Positions 46,385 to 57,596 of a stretch of DNA of 64,000 nt are shown in pieces. Position 1 is the stretch's first letter, and the number at the start of each line of letters is the position of its first letter. Origin of the DNA: an uncultured Gammaproteobacteria bacterium (lineage in GTDB: Bacteria > Pseudomonadota > Gammaproteobacteria > CAWJPQ01); the NCBI GenBank assembly GCA_963844825.1, contig CAWJPQ010000011.1, forward strand, positions 215,869 to 279,868, in the 5' to 3' direction. The notes beneath the pieces were generated by a model. The model did not search any database. It was not told where the DNA came from and saw only the letters and a program-made list of their open reading frames with translations. The translations under genes and the position numbers were made by a program.

Positions 46385-47554
46385 ATGAGCGGGAAGAGTC
46401 TCGGCATCCTGGCCATCCTGGCCGCGGTCCTGGTCGGCGTGGCCGTCTATCTGTCCAACCGACAACCCGAGACCATCGAGGGCGTCGACGAGCCGCTGTT
46501 CCCGGGGCTGGAGAGCGACATCAACGAGGTGCATCACATCACCATCGAGTCGGCGGCCGATACGGTCAATATCGTACGCAAGAACGATCAATGGCAGGTC
46601 GAAGAACGGCATGACTACCCGGCCTCCGTGAGCCAGATCCGGCAGCTGCTGATCGGCATTGCCGGGCTGCGGCGCATCGAGCCCAAGACCCGCAACCCGA
46701 AGCTCTATTCCGAAATCGGCTTACGTGACGTCAAGGACAAGGACAGCAAGGCCACCCTGATCGAGGTGGAGAACGATCACGGCGGGATCATGGCCGCCCT
46801 GCTGGTCGGCACGCAGCAGCCCGACAAGGGCGACCCCACCCGCAAGGAGTATTTCGTGCGCAAGAAGGGCGAGCACCAGAGCTGGCTCGTCTCCGGCGAG
46901 CTCCTGCTCGAGAGCGCGCCCAACCGCTGGCTGCACCCCGAGCTGCTCAATATCAAGACGGCGCGCATCCAAAAGGTGACCGTCGCCCACGGCTCGGGAC
47001 AGCGGATCACCGTCTTCAAGCACGACCCCCAGGCCACCGACTTTCAGCTCGCCGACCTGCCCAAGGGGGCGCGGGTCAAGTCGACCTTCACGGTCAACGA
47101 TATCGCCAACACCCTGGGGCGGCTGAATGTGGACGATGTCTTCCAGCCCCGCGACCTGATGCTGAGCCGCAAGCCGTCGTTCACGGCGACCCTGGAGACA
47201 TTTGACGGGCTGCGCCTGACATTGAAGGCCTATGCCCACGCATCGAGCAAAAAGGCCCGGTACGTCAAGCTCAGCGCCGAGTTTGATCCGACCCTGGTGA
47301 GCAAGGAGGCCAAGGCCGGCGGCGACGCGAAGAAGACCGCCGCGTACAAGACACCGGCGGAAGTGAAAAAGGAGGCGGAGGACCTCAATACGGAATTCAA
47401 ACAATGGATTTACAAGCTGCCGCCGTTTCAGCTCAACAATATCGACAAACGGCGCTCCGATCTCGTCGCCGATGAAACGGGCGCGAAACCCCATGCATCC
47501 AAGGCCCCCGCCGGGGGGGCCGTCCCTCACATACGGAAGTTCTCGCCGAGGTAG
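46385..47554 (+). CDS. DUF4340 domain protein (commonly partnered with GldG-like ABC auxiliary proteins)
   Basis: 389 aa. N-terminal TM, then a beta-rich periplasmic domain. Follows the GldG-like gene in the same operon. Confidence 0.65.
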   Translation: MSGKSLGILAILAAVLVGVAVYLSNRQPETIEGVDEPLFPGLESDINEVHHITIESAADTVNIVRKNDQWQVEERHDYPASVSQIRQLLIGIAGLRRIEPKTRNPKLYSEIGLRDVKDKDSKATLIEVENDHGGIMAALLVGTQQPDKGDPTRKEYFVRKKGEHQSWLVSGELLLESAPNRWLHPELLNIKTARIQKVTVAHGSGQRITVFKHDPQATDFQLADLPKGARVKSTFTVNDIANTLGRLNVDDVFQPRDLMLSRKPSFTATLETFDGLRLTLKAYAHASSKKARYVKLSAEFDPTLVSKEAKAGGDAKKTAAYKTPAEVKKEAEDLNTEFKQWIYKLPPFQLNNIDKRRSDLVADETGAKPHASKAPAGGAVPHIRKFSPR

Positions 47555-48252
47555 ACGGCACGCACCTGGGGATCCTCGAGCAGGTCTTGGGGGCTGCCCT
47601 GGGCGATGATGCGCCCCGCATTCAGGATATAGGCCCGCTGGCAGATCCCCAAGGTCTCGCGCACGTTGTGGTCCGTAATCAGGACCCCGATGCCGGATTC
47701 GTTGAGGTGCTGGACGATGCGCTGGATATCCAGGACCGAGATGGGATCGACCCCGGCAAACGGCTCATCCAGCAGTATGAAGATCGGGTCCGCGGCCAAT
47801 GCCCGGGCGATCTCCAGCCGGCGCCGCTCGCCGCCCGACAGGCTGATCCCGGCCTGACCGCGCAGGTGGGAAATATGCAGTTCCTCGAGCAGTTCCTCCA
47901 GGCGCCTGCGCCGGTCGCGGCTGCTGAGATTGGGCCGGGTCTCGAGTATCGCCATGATGTTGTCGGCGACGCTGAGCTTGCGGAATACCGACGGCTCCTG
48001 GGGCAGATAGCCCACGCCCATGCGGGCGCGGGCATGCATGGGGTAGTTGGTGATATCCCGCCCGTCGAGTTCGATGCGTCCCTTGTCGCACCGCTCCAGC
48101 CCGGCGATCATGTAAAAGCAGGTGGTTTTGCCGGCGCCGTTGGGGCCAAGCAGACCCACGACCTCCCCCTGGGACAGGGACAGGGTGGCGCCGTCGACGA
48201 CCTTTCGCGACCGGTACTGCTTGACCAGGTCGGTGACGGTCAAGGTGCTCAT
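47527..48252 (-). CDS. lptB: LPS export ABC transporter ATP-binding protein LptB
   Basis: 241 aa: [44 protein letters not shown]... Highly conserved LptB, directly downstream of lptA. Confidence 0.92.
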   Translation of the reverse strand: MSTLTVTDLVKQYRSRKVVDGATLSLSQGEVVGLLGPNGAGKTTCFYMIAGLERCDKGRIELDGRDITNYPMHARARMGVGYLPQEPSVFRKLSVADNIMAILETRPNLSSRDRRRRLEELLEELHISHLRGQAGISLSGGERRRLEIARALAADPIFILLDEPFAGVDPISVLDIQRIVQHLNESGIGVLITDHNVRETLGICQRAYILNAGRIIAQGSPQDLLEDPQVRAVYLGENFRM

Positions 48253-48869
48253 TGCGCCTCCTTGTCCTTGGCGGTGTCTTTGGTGCTGTCCTGAACGTTA
48301 TACTTCTTGTCTCTATGCTTGTCCTTGGCTTTGTCCTTGGCGTTGTCCTTGGGCGCCGACCCGCTCTCCTTGGGGTGAATGGTAATGTGCACCCGGCCGC
48401 CTCCATTCCCCGGGCTGCCCGCATGGACCACATCGCGCTCAATGTAGTAAACGATGTGCTGACTGGAGAAGTGGTCATTCTCCTGCTGCAAAAAGGCATC
48501 CCCCAGCAGCACCAGGTGCTCGTCCTCCGTGTAATACTCGACCCGCTTGGAGTGGCCATGGATCTCCTTCTGACCGTCGCCCGCCAACCGGCGGAACGTG
48601 GCGGGACCGCCCTGGCAATCGGCCCGCTGCACCTCGCCCTTCACGCGGTGAATGATCAGGGTATCGCAATTGAGGTGGACCCGGCCGCGGGTCACCTTGA
48701 CATCACCCTTGTAGGTGCTGATCCCGGTCTTGTCGTTGATCTCCACCTGGTTGGCCACGATAGTCAGGGGCGGCGGCTTGGCGGGCCCGTCCGCCGCCCG
48801 CGCAAGACCCGCAACGCACAGGAGCACTGACAGCGCCAGGCGGCTAATAACTGGTATTCTCGCTTTCAT
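48249..48869 (-). CDS. lptA: LPS transport periplasmic protein LptA with Lys/Asp-rich C-terminal tail
   Basis: Signal peptide and OstA-like beta-jellyroll (...[33 protein letters not shown]...). C-terminal [12 protein letters not shown] low-complexity tail encoded by TTGTCCTTGGC tandem repeats. Confidence 0.85.
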   Translation of the reverse strand: MKARIPVISRLALSVLLCVAGLARAADGPAKPPPLTIVANQVEINDKTGISTYKGDVKVTRGRVHLNCDTLIIHRVKGEVQRADCQGGPATFRRLAGDGQKEIHGHSKRVEYYTEDEHLVLLGDAFLQQENDHFSSQHIVYYIERDVVHAGSPGNGGGRVHITIHPKESGSAPKDNAKDKAKDKHRDKKYNVQDSTKDTAKDKEAQ

Positions 48870-49119
48870 TCCGAGAACGGTCCTGATGACACATACCCAT
48901 CCCTATACCGCGCGACACGCTACCCATGCCCGCTGCGGCCCGGGAAAAAGGGGTGTCTGGACACGATCTCCTCCGGCGGGGAGGCGACGATGATGTGGAA
49001 TTTTATACACTTATTTCCATTATGCACCCCCCTTATGATATACGTTGACGACTGGTAACACCAACTCGAGTCACCGCCGATCAACGCGCCCTGTCCACCC
49101 ATACGCCGTGTCACCCGTC

Positions 49120-50097
49120 ATGAGCCAGCCCCTGACCTTCGCCCACCTGACCGACCCGCACCTCACCAGCCTGGAGCACGTCAGGGTCAGCCAGCTGTGC
49201 AACAAACGCATCCTCGGCTACCTCTCGTGGCGTTTCTCCCGCCGCCATGAGCACCGCCGGGAAATTCTCGAGGCCCTGCAGCAAGACCTGAAACATACCG
49301 CGCCGCAGCACCTGGTCATCACCGGCGACCTCACCCACATCGGCCTGCCCCATGAGTTCAGCCAGGCGCTGCAGTGGCTGCGGACCCTGGGCACGCCCGA
49401 TGCCGTCACCGTCGTTCCCGGCAACCACGATGCATATGTCCCGACGCCTTGGGACCAGACATTCGCCCTGTGGTGGCCGTACATGGCCCCGGAGCCGCCC
49501 CGGGGGCCCAACCCGGCGGACCCTCGCTCGACGTTTCCCCATGTGCGCCTGCGCGGGCCGGTCGCCTTCATCGGCCTGTCCTCCGCCCACCCCTCCCCGC
49601 CCTTCCTGGCGGTCGGGAGCCTGGGCCGCCAACAGATCGAACAGCTGGCGCAGGTACTCCACGACACCGGACGGCAGGGCTATTGCCGCATCGTCCTCAT
49701 CCATCACCCGCCCCTGCCCGGCAGCGTCCCCAGCCGCAAGCACCTGAGCGACAGCCGCGCGCTGTGCGATGTCTTGATCCAGGAGGGCGCGGAATTGGTC
49801 CTGCACGGGCACACGCACTATACCACCTGGATGGAGCTCGCCACGCCCCGTGGCGCCATTCCCGTCATCGGCATCCCCTCGGCATCGGCCATGGGCCACA
49901 AACCGGGCCGGCGCGCCCAGTACTACCTGTACCGGGTCGTCCCGACCCCCGGGGAATGGCGTATCGAGGCGACCATACGGGGGTATTCAGCCTCTCAATC
50001 CCGGTTCATCGACGAGGGCCAAGGGCAGTGGTCCCTGCACCGCAGCCCCCCGGCCCCGGACGCCTTGGGAGCGGACGCGCAGGCCGTCCGGCTCTGA
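49120..50097 (+). CDS. calcineurin-like metallophosphoesterase
   Basis: Start at MSQPLTFAHLTDPHL (ATG 49120). Motifs DPH, GDLTH, GNHD and GHTH. Confidence 0.8.
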   Translation: MSQPLTFAHLTDPHLTSLEHVRVSQLCNKRILGYLSWRFSRRHEHRREILEALQQDLKHTAPQHLVITGDLTHIGLPHEFSQALQWLRTLGTPDAVTVVPGNHDAYVPTPWDQTFALWWPYMAPEPPRGPNPADPRSTFPHVRLRGPVAFIGLSSAHPSPPFLAVGSLGRQQIEQLAQVLHDTGRQGYCRIVLIHHPPLPGSVPSRKHLSDSRALCDVLIQEGAELVLHGHTHYTTWMELATPRGAIPVIGIPSASAMGHKPGRRAQYYLYRVVPTPGEWRIEATIRGYSASQSRFIDEGQGQWSLHRSPPAPDALGADAQAVRL

Positions 50098-50181
50098 TCT
50101 TGAGGATTTTCCCGAGAGCGTCTATAGTGAAATGCATCCCGGATTGACATCAATAACAAGCCGAAAAAGGGGAATCGTTTA

Positions 50182-50730
50182 ATGGCAAATAAAGACAGTC
50201 ATCTACTGATTGTTGCCTTGTTTGCGCTCCTGATGGGGGGGGGCTCCAGCGGCGCACTCGCGCAGACGGGGGATGCACAGGATCACAACAGGGTCGACGC
50301 ACTCTCCAACAGCCACGACGTAGACAGGTTCGATGATTCAATACGCCGGTGGATGAAGTCCCAGGCCGTGTACTGGCGCCGCCAGCAATACGCCGACATC
50401 GCCTCGCTTCAGGGCACCAAGGAATTTTACCGCAAGTCCCACCTGATCAACGCCCAGCTCTATATTCAATACGCCAAGGTGGCGCTGGGGATCAACGACA
50501 ACGGCAAGCAGGCGCTCGACGACCTTGACCACGCCATGTCCCTGATCAAAGAGGGCGAGAAGGGGGCCGGCAAGTCCGAAACGACCCAGATCAATCAACT
50601 GACCAGCGAGATCGACAGAATCAAGGGCAACATCAAACAGGCCTCGTCCCCGTCGGTGCAGGTTCAAAAGGAAAAGAAAGACCTGGACGGCGTCTTCATG
50701 GCCCTCAGGCACATCGTCGAGAAGGGTTAG
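50182..50730 (+). CDS. secreted hypothetical protein (signal peptide, helical)
   Basis: 182 aa. N-terminal signal MANKDSHLLIVALFALLMGGGSSGALA. No recognisable domain. Confidence 0.55.
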   Translation: MANKDSHLLIVALFALLMGGGSSGALAQTGDAQDHNRVDALSNSHDVDRFDDSIRRWMKSQAVYWRRQQYADIASLQGTKEFYRKSHLINAQLYIQYAKVALGINDNGKQALDDLDHAMSLIKEGEKGAGKSETTQINQLTSEIDRIKGNIKQASSPSVQVQKEKKDLDGVFMALRHIVEKG

Positions 50731-50837
50731 TTCGCCGGACTCTGCCGGAAGGCGCTGACCCGGTCGAGGGCGGCGTCCCGGGGCGTGGAGCACGTGGCAA
50801 CGGCTCCACGCCCGCCCATCAAGGCGGCATTGAGGCC

Positions 50838-51224
50838 CTAGTGCAGCGCGTCGCGCACGCGTTCCAGTTTCGCCCGCACTTGCGCGCCGAGGCTCGACAG
50901 TTGTTCGTTGCGAACGACGCCCAGGACCACCTCGGGATCCATGAAGCCCACGGTTACCGACTCGTCGGCTTCTTCCCGGACGATCACGTTACACGGCAAT
51001 AACAGGCCAATATCCGGATCGGCCTCCAAGGCCTGATGCGCTAAAGGGGGATTGCAGGCCCCGAGGATCCGGTAAGGGCGCCGATCGATGCCGAGCTTCG
51101 CCTTCAAGGTCGCCTGGACATCAATGTCGCTCAACACCCCGAAGCCCTCGGCCTTCAATGCCTCGGTGACCTGCGCGACCACCTCATCGAACTTCCCTGA
51201 CAGCGTGGTTGTAAACCCGTACAT
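50838..51224 (-). CDS. DUF302 domain protein
   Basis: 128 aa: MYGFTTTLSGKFDEVVAQVTEALKAEGFGVLSDIDVQATLKAKLGIDRRPYRILGACNP... Typical DUF302. GAGGG SD. Confidence 0.8.
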   Translation of the reverse strand: MYGFTTTLSGKFDEVVAQVTEALKAEGFGVLSDIDVQATLKAKLGIDRRPYRILGACNPPLAHQALEADPDIGLLLPCNVIVREEADESVTVGFMDPEVVLGVVRNEQLSSLGAQVRAKLERVRDALH

Positions 51225-51252
51225 CGCCTCGGCCCTCGCTCACGGTTGCAGC

Positions 51253-51366
51253 TTACTTGGATGCGACCAGGTATTTGATCATCAAAGCGATCAACACCAC
51301 CACCAAGACCAATACTATTATGCCTATGAGATCTCCGCCTCCAAACATAGCCATTGCCCCATGCAT
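51253..51366 (-). CDS. possible small single-TM peptide (33-37 aa) upstream of the DUF302 gene
   Basis: ATG 51366 (AGGAGAG SD 6 nt upstream) or ATG 51354 to TAA 51253 gives (MHGA)MAMFGGGDLIGIIVLVLVVVLIALMIKYLVASK. 28 nt upstream of the DUF302 gene on the same strand. Confidence 0.35.
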   Translation of the reverse strand: MHGAMAMFGGGDLIGIIVLVLVVVLIALMIKYLVASK

Positions 51367-51775
51367 TGTATCTCTCCTATATGCACGAAACCGCTGTACA
51401 AGGTCAAACTCCCCCTGTGCCCGTTCGGATCACAACAGCGGTTACGCCAGAAACTCATTGACCCGGCTCCTCTCCATAAGCCCCCGAGCCCTTTCCCCAA
51501 AACCCTGCCCGAATCTGAACGTCACTGCGGCGGCGGTGACGGATCCGGGCCAACCTGCCAACCCGTTCGCGCCATCATAACATGTAACTCAAGGGGCGGC
51601 CGTGGGGGGCGGCGCCCACCACGGCCGTCCGCCTGTGGTACGATGGCGGCGCCGGCCGCCGTCCCCGCCGGGCGTACCTGGCACGCCCGGCGGGGAAAGT
51701 AAAAACGAGCGCGGCCGGCCTGAGATATGTATATAATAATAATGTAAATATTCTCAGAGTTCCCACGGCAATCTG

Positions 51776-54700
51776 TTGCATACCCGATACCCAACCGACA
51801 GCCAGGCAGCCACACCCTCCTCCCGGATAGGCAGGTCATCCAGTCCCCGCAAACCGACGCAGCAACCCATCGTGCACAAACCACCCAGGAACAACCCGTT
51901 GCGGGCCCTGCTGATCGCCGTCGCCGCCTGGCTCATTCCTCAATTGAGCCACGCCATCGTGCTGTACAACGTCACAGACCTGGGGGCGAACATCGCTCCG
52001 ACGGACATCAACGACAACGGGGTGATCGTGGGCTACGACACCGCCTCATCCCCAGCGGCGGCGATTTCTATCACAGGGGGGACAAGACAGACCCTGAGTT
52101 CCCTGGGCACCGCCAGCCGTGCCTTGAGCATCAACGAAGACGGCGAGATTGTCGGCTACACCACCAGCGGCTCGGCGCGACAGGCTATCCAGTGGAACCC
52201 CGACGGGACACACAGCAATTTCAACAAGTTGGGAACCCTGCGTGAGGCCCGCAGCAACACCTCCTTCGGCCACGTGGCGGGGGTGGCCCTCGACCCGGCA
52301 AGCGGGCACCCGCGCGCCTTCCTGTTCAACAGCCGGGTCAACAAGTTCCGCATCCTCGCCACCCTGGGCGGGGACACCGGCCACGCCAACCACGTCAATG
52401 ACCGGGGGGCCGTGGTCGGCGGCGCCCAAACCGCCTCCGGCAAGGTCAATGCCTTTCTCTACGACAACACCGGCCTGCAGAACCTCGGGACCCTGCAGGG
52501 ATTCGACCAAAGCGAGGCCATGTCGATCAATGACAGCGGCCAGGTGGTGGGCTGGGCCTATGTGGACCCCACGGTCCCGAGCACCCGGCGCGCCGTGTTC
52601 TACACCTCGACCCAGGGACAGCAGAACCTCGGCGTGGTGGCTGACGACATCGGCAGCGTCGCCAACGATATCAACAACAAGGGCCAGGCCGTCGGGTTCT
52701 CCACCAAGCTCAACAATGAAAACCGGGCCTTTGCCCTGAATGTCAGCGCCGCCAACATCTTCGCCCTTGTCGTTGACCCGACCAACATCGCCACCCTGTA
52801 CGCGGGGACAGAGCGCAGCGGTGTGTTCAAGACCACGGACGGAGGCGCCACCTGGCGGTCGATCAACACCGGCCTCGACAGCTTCGATGTGCGCACCGTC
52901 GCTGTCAATCCGAGCAACTCGTCCATCCTCTTCGCCGGGACCTCGGGGCAGGGCATCTACAAATCCGTCGACGGCGGGGACAACTGGAGCGCCGCCAGCA
53001 ACGGGCTGACCCACAAGGACGTGCGCGCCCTGGCCATCGACCCGCTGACGCCTTCGACGATCTATGCCGGCACCTTCGGCGGCGGCGTGTACAAGAGCGC
53101 CGATGAGGGCAACACCTGGACGCCGATCAATACGGGGATGGCCAATGCCAACGTGCAGGTGCTTGCCATCGACCCCTCCAACCCGGCAACCCTCTATGCC
53201 GGGACCGAGTTCAACGGCGTCTATCTGAGCAATGACTTCGGGAGCAGCTGGACCCCGATCAACAACGGCATCACCGACCGCAATATCTTCGATATCGCCA
53301 TCACCCCGGACAACACCTCGGTCCTTTACGTGGCCACCGAAGTGACCGGGATCTTCAAGAGCGTGGACGGCGGCTCGTCCTGGACCCCCTCGAATACCGG
53401 CCTGGCCAACCGCGACACCCGGTCCATCGTCTTCAGCCCGACGGACTCCTCGTTCCTGTCCGTCGGGACCCTCGGAAACGGTGTCTTCCAGAGCGGCGAC
53501 GGGGGCCAGAACTGGCAGGCCGCCACCGACAACGGCCTCACCAACCAGAACGTGCAGGTACTGACCGGTGATCCCTCATCCCAATCGACCCTGTACGCAG
53601 GGACCAAGGGCGGCGGCATCTTCAAGACCACCAACGGGGCGACGGATTGGCTTGCCGTCAACAACGGCTTTTCGGATATCAACGTGTTCAACCTGATCAT
53701 CGATACCACCGCCTCCCCGCCCGACATCTACGCCGGGACCTCCGGCGCCGGTGTGTTCAAGAGCACCGATAACGCGTCTTCCTGGTCCGCCTCGAACAGC
53801 GGGCTGACCAATTCCGCCATTCTGAGCATGGCGCAGGACCCCTCCCAGCCCGGCACCCTGTATGTGGGCACCTTCGACGGCGGCGTATTCAAGAGCACCG
53901 ACGGCGCCGCCAACTGGTCCAGCATCAACAACGGCCTGGGCGACCAGGATGTCCGAGCCCTGGCCGTCGACCCCAAGAATTCGAGCAACCTGTACGCCGG
54001 GACGGTCAGAAACGGCGTGTTCAAGAGCGCCGACGGCGGCGCCCACTGGAACCCCTCCAACAGCGGGCTGGCCGGCACCGACGTGCGGGTCCTCGCCATC
54101 GACCCGGACACCCCCGCCGTGGTCTACGCCGGCACCAACGACGGCGTCTACAAGAGCGGCAAGAGCGGCGCCACTTGGGCACCCGCCAACACCGGCCTGT
54201 CCGACAAGGATGTCCGCGCCTTGGCCCTCGCCCCCGGCGGCACCGCCGCCGTGCGGACCCTCTACGCCGGCACCTTCGGCGGCGGCGTATTCAAGAGCCA
54301 GGACGCGGGCGCCACCTGGACGGCGGTCAACACCGGCTTGAACAACCAGAATATCAACGACCTGCTGATCGATCCGGCCAACCCCCTGATCCTCTATGCC
54401 GCGACATACGGGGGCGGCATATTCAAGACGTCGACCGGCGCCGCCGTCTGGACTCCGATCAATACGGGCCTGCTCAATGAGACCATCATGGCCCTGGCCC
54501 TGGACGCCACCCAGTCCCGCCTCTACGCCGGTACCCTGGGCCGGGGTGTGTACGTCACGAATACCACCGCGATCAACTGGTCCAACAAGAATTCGGGGCT
54601 GACCGACAGCAGCACGCAGATGCAGGACCTGAACGACCTTATCCCATCGTCTCAAGGGTGGTCGCTGCAGAACGCCACCGCGGTCAACAACGTGGGCCAG

Positions 54701-55462
54701 ATCGTCGGCACGGGCCTGCTGAACAACCAACCCCACGGCTTCCTGCTGACACCGGTCAACGGCGTCAATACCGCCCAACTCGTGGTCACCCAGACCAACA
54801 CGCCGGATTCCGTCCAGAAGGACCTGCCGGTGACGTTCAACATCCGGGTGACCAATCGCGGCCCCGACACCGCGACCGGCCTGGTCTTCGTCGACTGGCT
54901 CCCGGACAACAGCACGTTTCAGTTCGTGGCCGCCTCCTCCGGCCTGTGCAAGGATCCGGTGGACGGCATCCTGATCTGCACGGTGGCCGAGCTCGGCCCC
55001 AACAGCACGAGCATCTTCAAGGTCATCGTCACACCGAACAAGTTTGATATCACCCTTCACAACCCGGTCAAGATCAAGGCCAACGAGGCGGACCCGGTCT
55101 TTTCCGACAACACCGTCAGCTCCACCTCCAAGGTCTCACCGTGTTTCATCGCCACCGCCGCCTACGGCTCGTATCTGGCGCCCGAGGTGGATGTCCTGCG
55201 GGGCTTTCGGGACCGGTACCTGCTGACCAACAGCCTCGGCAAAGCGTTCGTGGCGTTTTACTATGCGAACTCCCCGCCCGTTGCCGCCTATATCGCCAAG
55301 CACGATGCCCTGAGGTTCGTGGTACGAATGCTGCTCACCCCCCTCGTCTATGGCGTCAAGTATCCGTGGCTGGGATTCAGCCTGCTCGCCGCCCTGCTGC
55401 TCCTGACGGGCTACGCGATCTACCGCGGGCTCGCGCGGCGCAGCCCCCCCGCCCGCGCCTGA
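51776..55462 (+). CDS. giant predicted cell-surface protein: signal peptide + HAF repeats + ~14 Ycf48/BNR-like beta-propeller repeats + DUF11 domain + Cys-containing C-terminal module with TM anchor
   Basis: 1228 aa (alternative GTG start at 51872 gives [28 protein letters not shown]). N-terminal third has HAF-type repeats (INDxGxVVGxS...NAFLY...LGTLGG). Middle has ~14 tandem ~45-aa units ([40 protein letters not shown]). Then DUF11 ([11 protein letters not shown]...[17 protein letters not shown]). Then [28 protein letters not shown]... ending in a TM helix plus RR tail. Confidence 0.8.
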   Translation: MHTRYPTDSQAATPSSRIGRSSSPRKPTQQPIVHKPPRNNPLRALLIAVAAWLIPQLSHAIVLYNVTDLGANIAPTDINDNGVIVGYDTASSPAAAISITGGTRQTLSSLGTASRALSINEDGEIVGYTTSGSARQAIQWNPDGTHSNFNKLGTLREARSNTSFGHVAGVALDPASGHPRAFLFNSRVNKFRILATLGGDTGHANHVNDRGAVVGGAQTASGKVNAFLYDNTGLQNLGTLQGFDQSEAMSINDSGQVVGWAYVDPTVPSTRRAVFYTSTQGQQNLGVVADDIGSVANDINNKGQAVGFSTKLNNENRAFALNVSAANIFALVVDPTNIATLYAGTERSGVFKTTDGGATWRSINTGLDSFDVRTVAVNPSNSSILFAGTSGQGIYKSVDGGDNWSAASNGLTHKDVRALAIDPLTPSTIYAGTFGGGVYKSADEGNTWTPINTGMANANVQVLAIDPSNPATLYAGTEFNGVYLSNDFGSSWTPINNGITDRNIFDIAITPDNTSVLYVATEVTGIFKSVDGGSSWTPSNTGLANRDTRSIVFSPTDSSFLSVGTLGNGVFQSGDGGQNWQAATDNGLTNQNVQVLTGDPSSQSTLYAGTKGGGIFKTTNGATDWLAVNNGFSDINVFNLIIDTTASPPDIYAGTSGAGVFKSTDNASSWSASNSGLTNSAILSMAQDPSQPGTLYVGTFDGGVFKSTDGAANWSSINNGLGDQDVRALAVDPKNSSNLYAGTVRNGVFKSADGGAHWNPSNSGLAGTDVRVLAIDPDTPAVVYAGTNDGVYKSGKSGATWAPANTGLSDKDVRALALAPGGTAAVRTLYAGTFGGGVFKSQDAGATWTAVNTGLNNQNINDLLIDPANPLILYAATYGGGIFKTSTGAAVWTPINTGLLNETIMALALDATQSRLYAGTLGRGVYVTNTTAINWSNKNSGLTDSSTQMQDLNDLIPSSQGWSLQNATAVNNVGQIVGTGLLNNQPHGFLLTPVNGVNTAQLVVTQTNTPDSVQKDLPVTFNIRVTNRGPDTATGLVFVDWLPDNSTFQFVAASSGLCKDPVDGILICTVAELGPNSTSIFKVIVTPNKFDITLHNPVKIKANEADPVFSDNTVSSTSKVSPCFIATAAYGSYLAPEVDVLRGFRDRYLLTNSLGKAFVAFYYANSPPVAAYIAKHDALRFVVRMLLTPLVYGVKYPWLGFSLLAALLLLTGYAIYRGLARRSPPARA

Positions 55463-55550
55463 CGCCCGCGGGCGTGCCCGGCCCGATCGCCCTGCCCTCC
55501 CGGGGAGTTGATCCCCATCAATTGATAAGCGCCAGGATCGGGCTACACTC

Positions 55551-55866
55551 ATGCTGAGGCAGGACAGTGGCGGCAAGGCGGGCCGCCCAACCCGTGAGGC
55601 TTACCCGGAAATGGATCTCAAGACCCGTCCCGACACCGACTTCAGGGACCCCGACAAGCTCGCCAGACAGGCAGCGGCGGCCGGGGCCAAGGAACGCATC
55701 GAGGCCCTGTGGGCGGGCGCACCACCGCCAGCGTCAGCGCCAAGACGGACTACGTGGTGGTGGGCCGGGCGCCCGGCGGCAAACTCGACCAGGCGCGCGA
55801 ACACCCTGTGGCACAGCTCGACGAGGCCCGATTCATGCGCATGATTCAACCCTCACAGGGAGACTG
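55551..55866 (+). pseudogene. degenerate/frameshifted BRCT-domain ORF (LigA-C-terminus-like) abutting polX
   Basis: Frame A gives ...KLARQAAAAGAKERIEAL. After a shift, frame B gives GGRTTASVSAKTDYVVVGRAPGGKLDQAREH.VAQLDEARFMRMI*, which resembles the LigA BRCT ([36 protein letters not shown]). No upstream ligase domains. Stop is 8 nt before the polX ATG. Confidence 0.5.
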
Positions 55867-55873
55867 ACACGCC

Positions 55874-57596
55874 ATGCCCGTCCACAACAGCGAGATCGCC
55901 GCCATGTTCGACGAACTGGCCGATCTGCTCGAGATCGAGGGCGCCAACCCGTTTCGTATCCGCGCCTACCGCAACGCCGCACGGGTCATCGGCGGCCAGT
56001 CCACCAGCATGGCGGACCTGCTCAGCAGCGGCCACGACCTCACCCACCTGCCCGGCATAGGCGAGGACCTGGCGGAGAAGATCAAGACCATCGTCGAGAC
56101 CGGCAAGCTGCCCCTGCTCGAGGAGGTCGCCGGGCGGGTGCCGGCCGCCTTGAGCGAGCTGATGCGTATCGAGGGCCTGGGCCCCAAACGGGTCAAGGCC
56201 CTGTACGAGAAGCTGAAGGTCGACAGCGTCGAAGACCTCAAGCGCGCCGCCGAGGGCGGCCGGATTCAGGCGCTGGAGGGCTTCGGCAAGAAGACCGAGG
56301 ATATGATCAAGGCGCGCATCGCCGGCCTCGACGGTGCCGAACAACGCATCACCCTGAACACCGCCGAGGAATTCGCGGCCCCCCTGGCCGATTATCTGCA
56401 CCGCACCAAGGGGGTAAAGAAAGCTCACGATCGCAGGCAGTTTCCGGCGCCGCAAGGAGACGGTGGGCGACCTGGATATCCTCGTGACCGCCTCCAAGAA
56501 CTCCCCGGTGATGGAGCGCTTCACCGGCTACGAGGAGGTCGCCGAGGTCATCTCCCACGGCACGACCCGCTCCACGGTACGCTTGAGGACCGGGCTGCAG
56601 GTGGACCTGCGTGTGGTGCCGGAAGTGAGCTACGGCGCGGCGCTGCACTACTTCACCGGCTCCAGGGCCCACAACATCGCGGTGCGTACCCTGGGGGTCA
56701 AACGCAAGCTCAAGATCAACGAGTACGGGGTGTTCAAGGGCGACAAGCGCATCGCCGGCAAGACCGAGGAGGAAGTCTTCGAGCACGTGGGCCTGCCCTA
56801 CATCGAGCCCGAGCTGCGCGAGGACCGGGGCGAGATCGAGGCGGCGCAGCGCGGCCAATTACCCGACCTCATCACCGTCGACCAGATCCGCGGCGACCTG
56901 CATGCCCATACCAAGGCCACCGACGGGCACCATTCCCTGGCGCAGATGGCCGAGGCCGCCCGGCGCCGGGGATACGAATACCTGGCCATCACCGACCACT
57001 CCCAGCGCGTCACCGTCGCCAACGGCCTGGACAAGCGGCGCCTGCTGCAGCAGCTCAAGGAGATCGACCGCCTCAACGACAAGCTGGACGGCCTGCGCCT
57101 GCTCAAATCCATCGAGGTCGACATCCTGGCGGACGGCACCCTCGACCTGCCCGATGAGGTCCTGGAATCCCTGGATCTGACCGTGTGCTCGGTACACTCC
57201 AAATTCGACCTGCCCCCCAGGAAGCAGACCGAGCGCATCATCCGCGCCATGGACAACCGTCACTTCAATATCCTCGCCCATCCCAGCGGACGGATCCTCA
57301 ACGCGCGCCCCGCCTATGAAGTGGACCTGGAGCGCCTGATGGAGGCGGCCAAAGAGCGAGGGTGCATCTTCGAGGTCAACGGCCAGCCCAAGCGCATGGA
57401 TCTGACGGATACCGCCTGTAAGCTGGCCAAGGACATGGGCCTCAAGGTCGCCATCTCAACCGACGCCCACAGCGCCGAGCAGTTGGACTACATGCGCTAC
57501 GGGGTCTCCCAGGCCCGCCGCGGCTGGCTGGAAAAGGCGGACGTCATCAATACGTATCCCCTGACCAAACTGCTCAAGCAGCTGAAACGCTCATAG
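55874..57596 (+). CDS. polX: DNA polymerase/3'-5' exonuclease PolX (Pol beta-like core + C-terminal PHP domain), interrupted by an indel near 56400-56465
   Basis: N-terminal ORF 55874..~56440 (helix-hairpin-helix motifs, MPVHNSEIAAMFDELADLLEIEGANPFRIRAYRNAARVI) and ORF 56463..57596 (GDLDILV nucleotidyltransferase motif, then PHP His motifs) are in different frames. Confidence 0.85.

Noticed and set aside
44657-46612. 651-aa minus-strand ORF
   Set aside because: Antisense to the GldG-like gene. Low-complexity translation.
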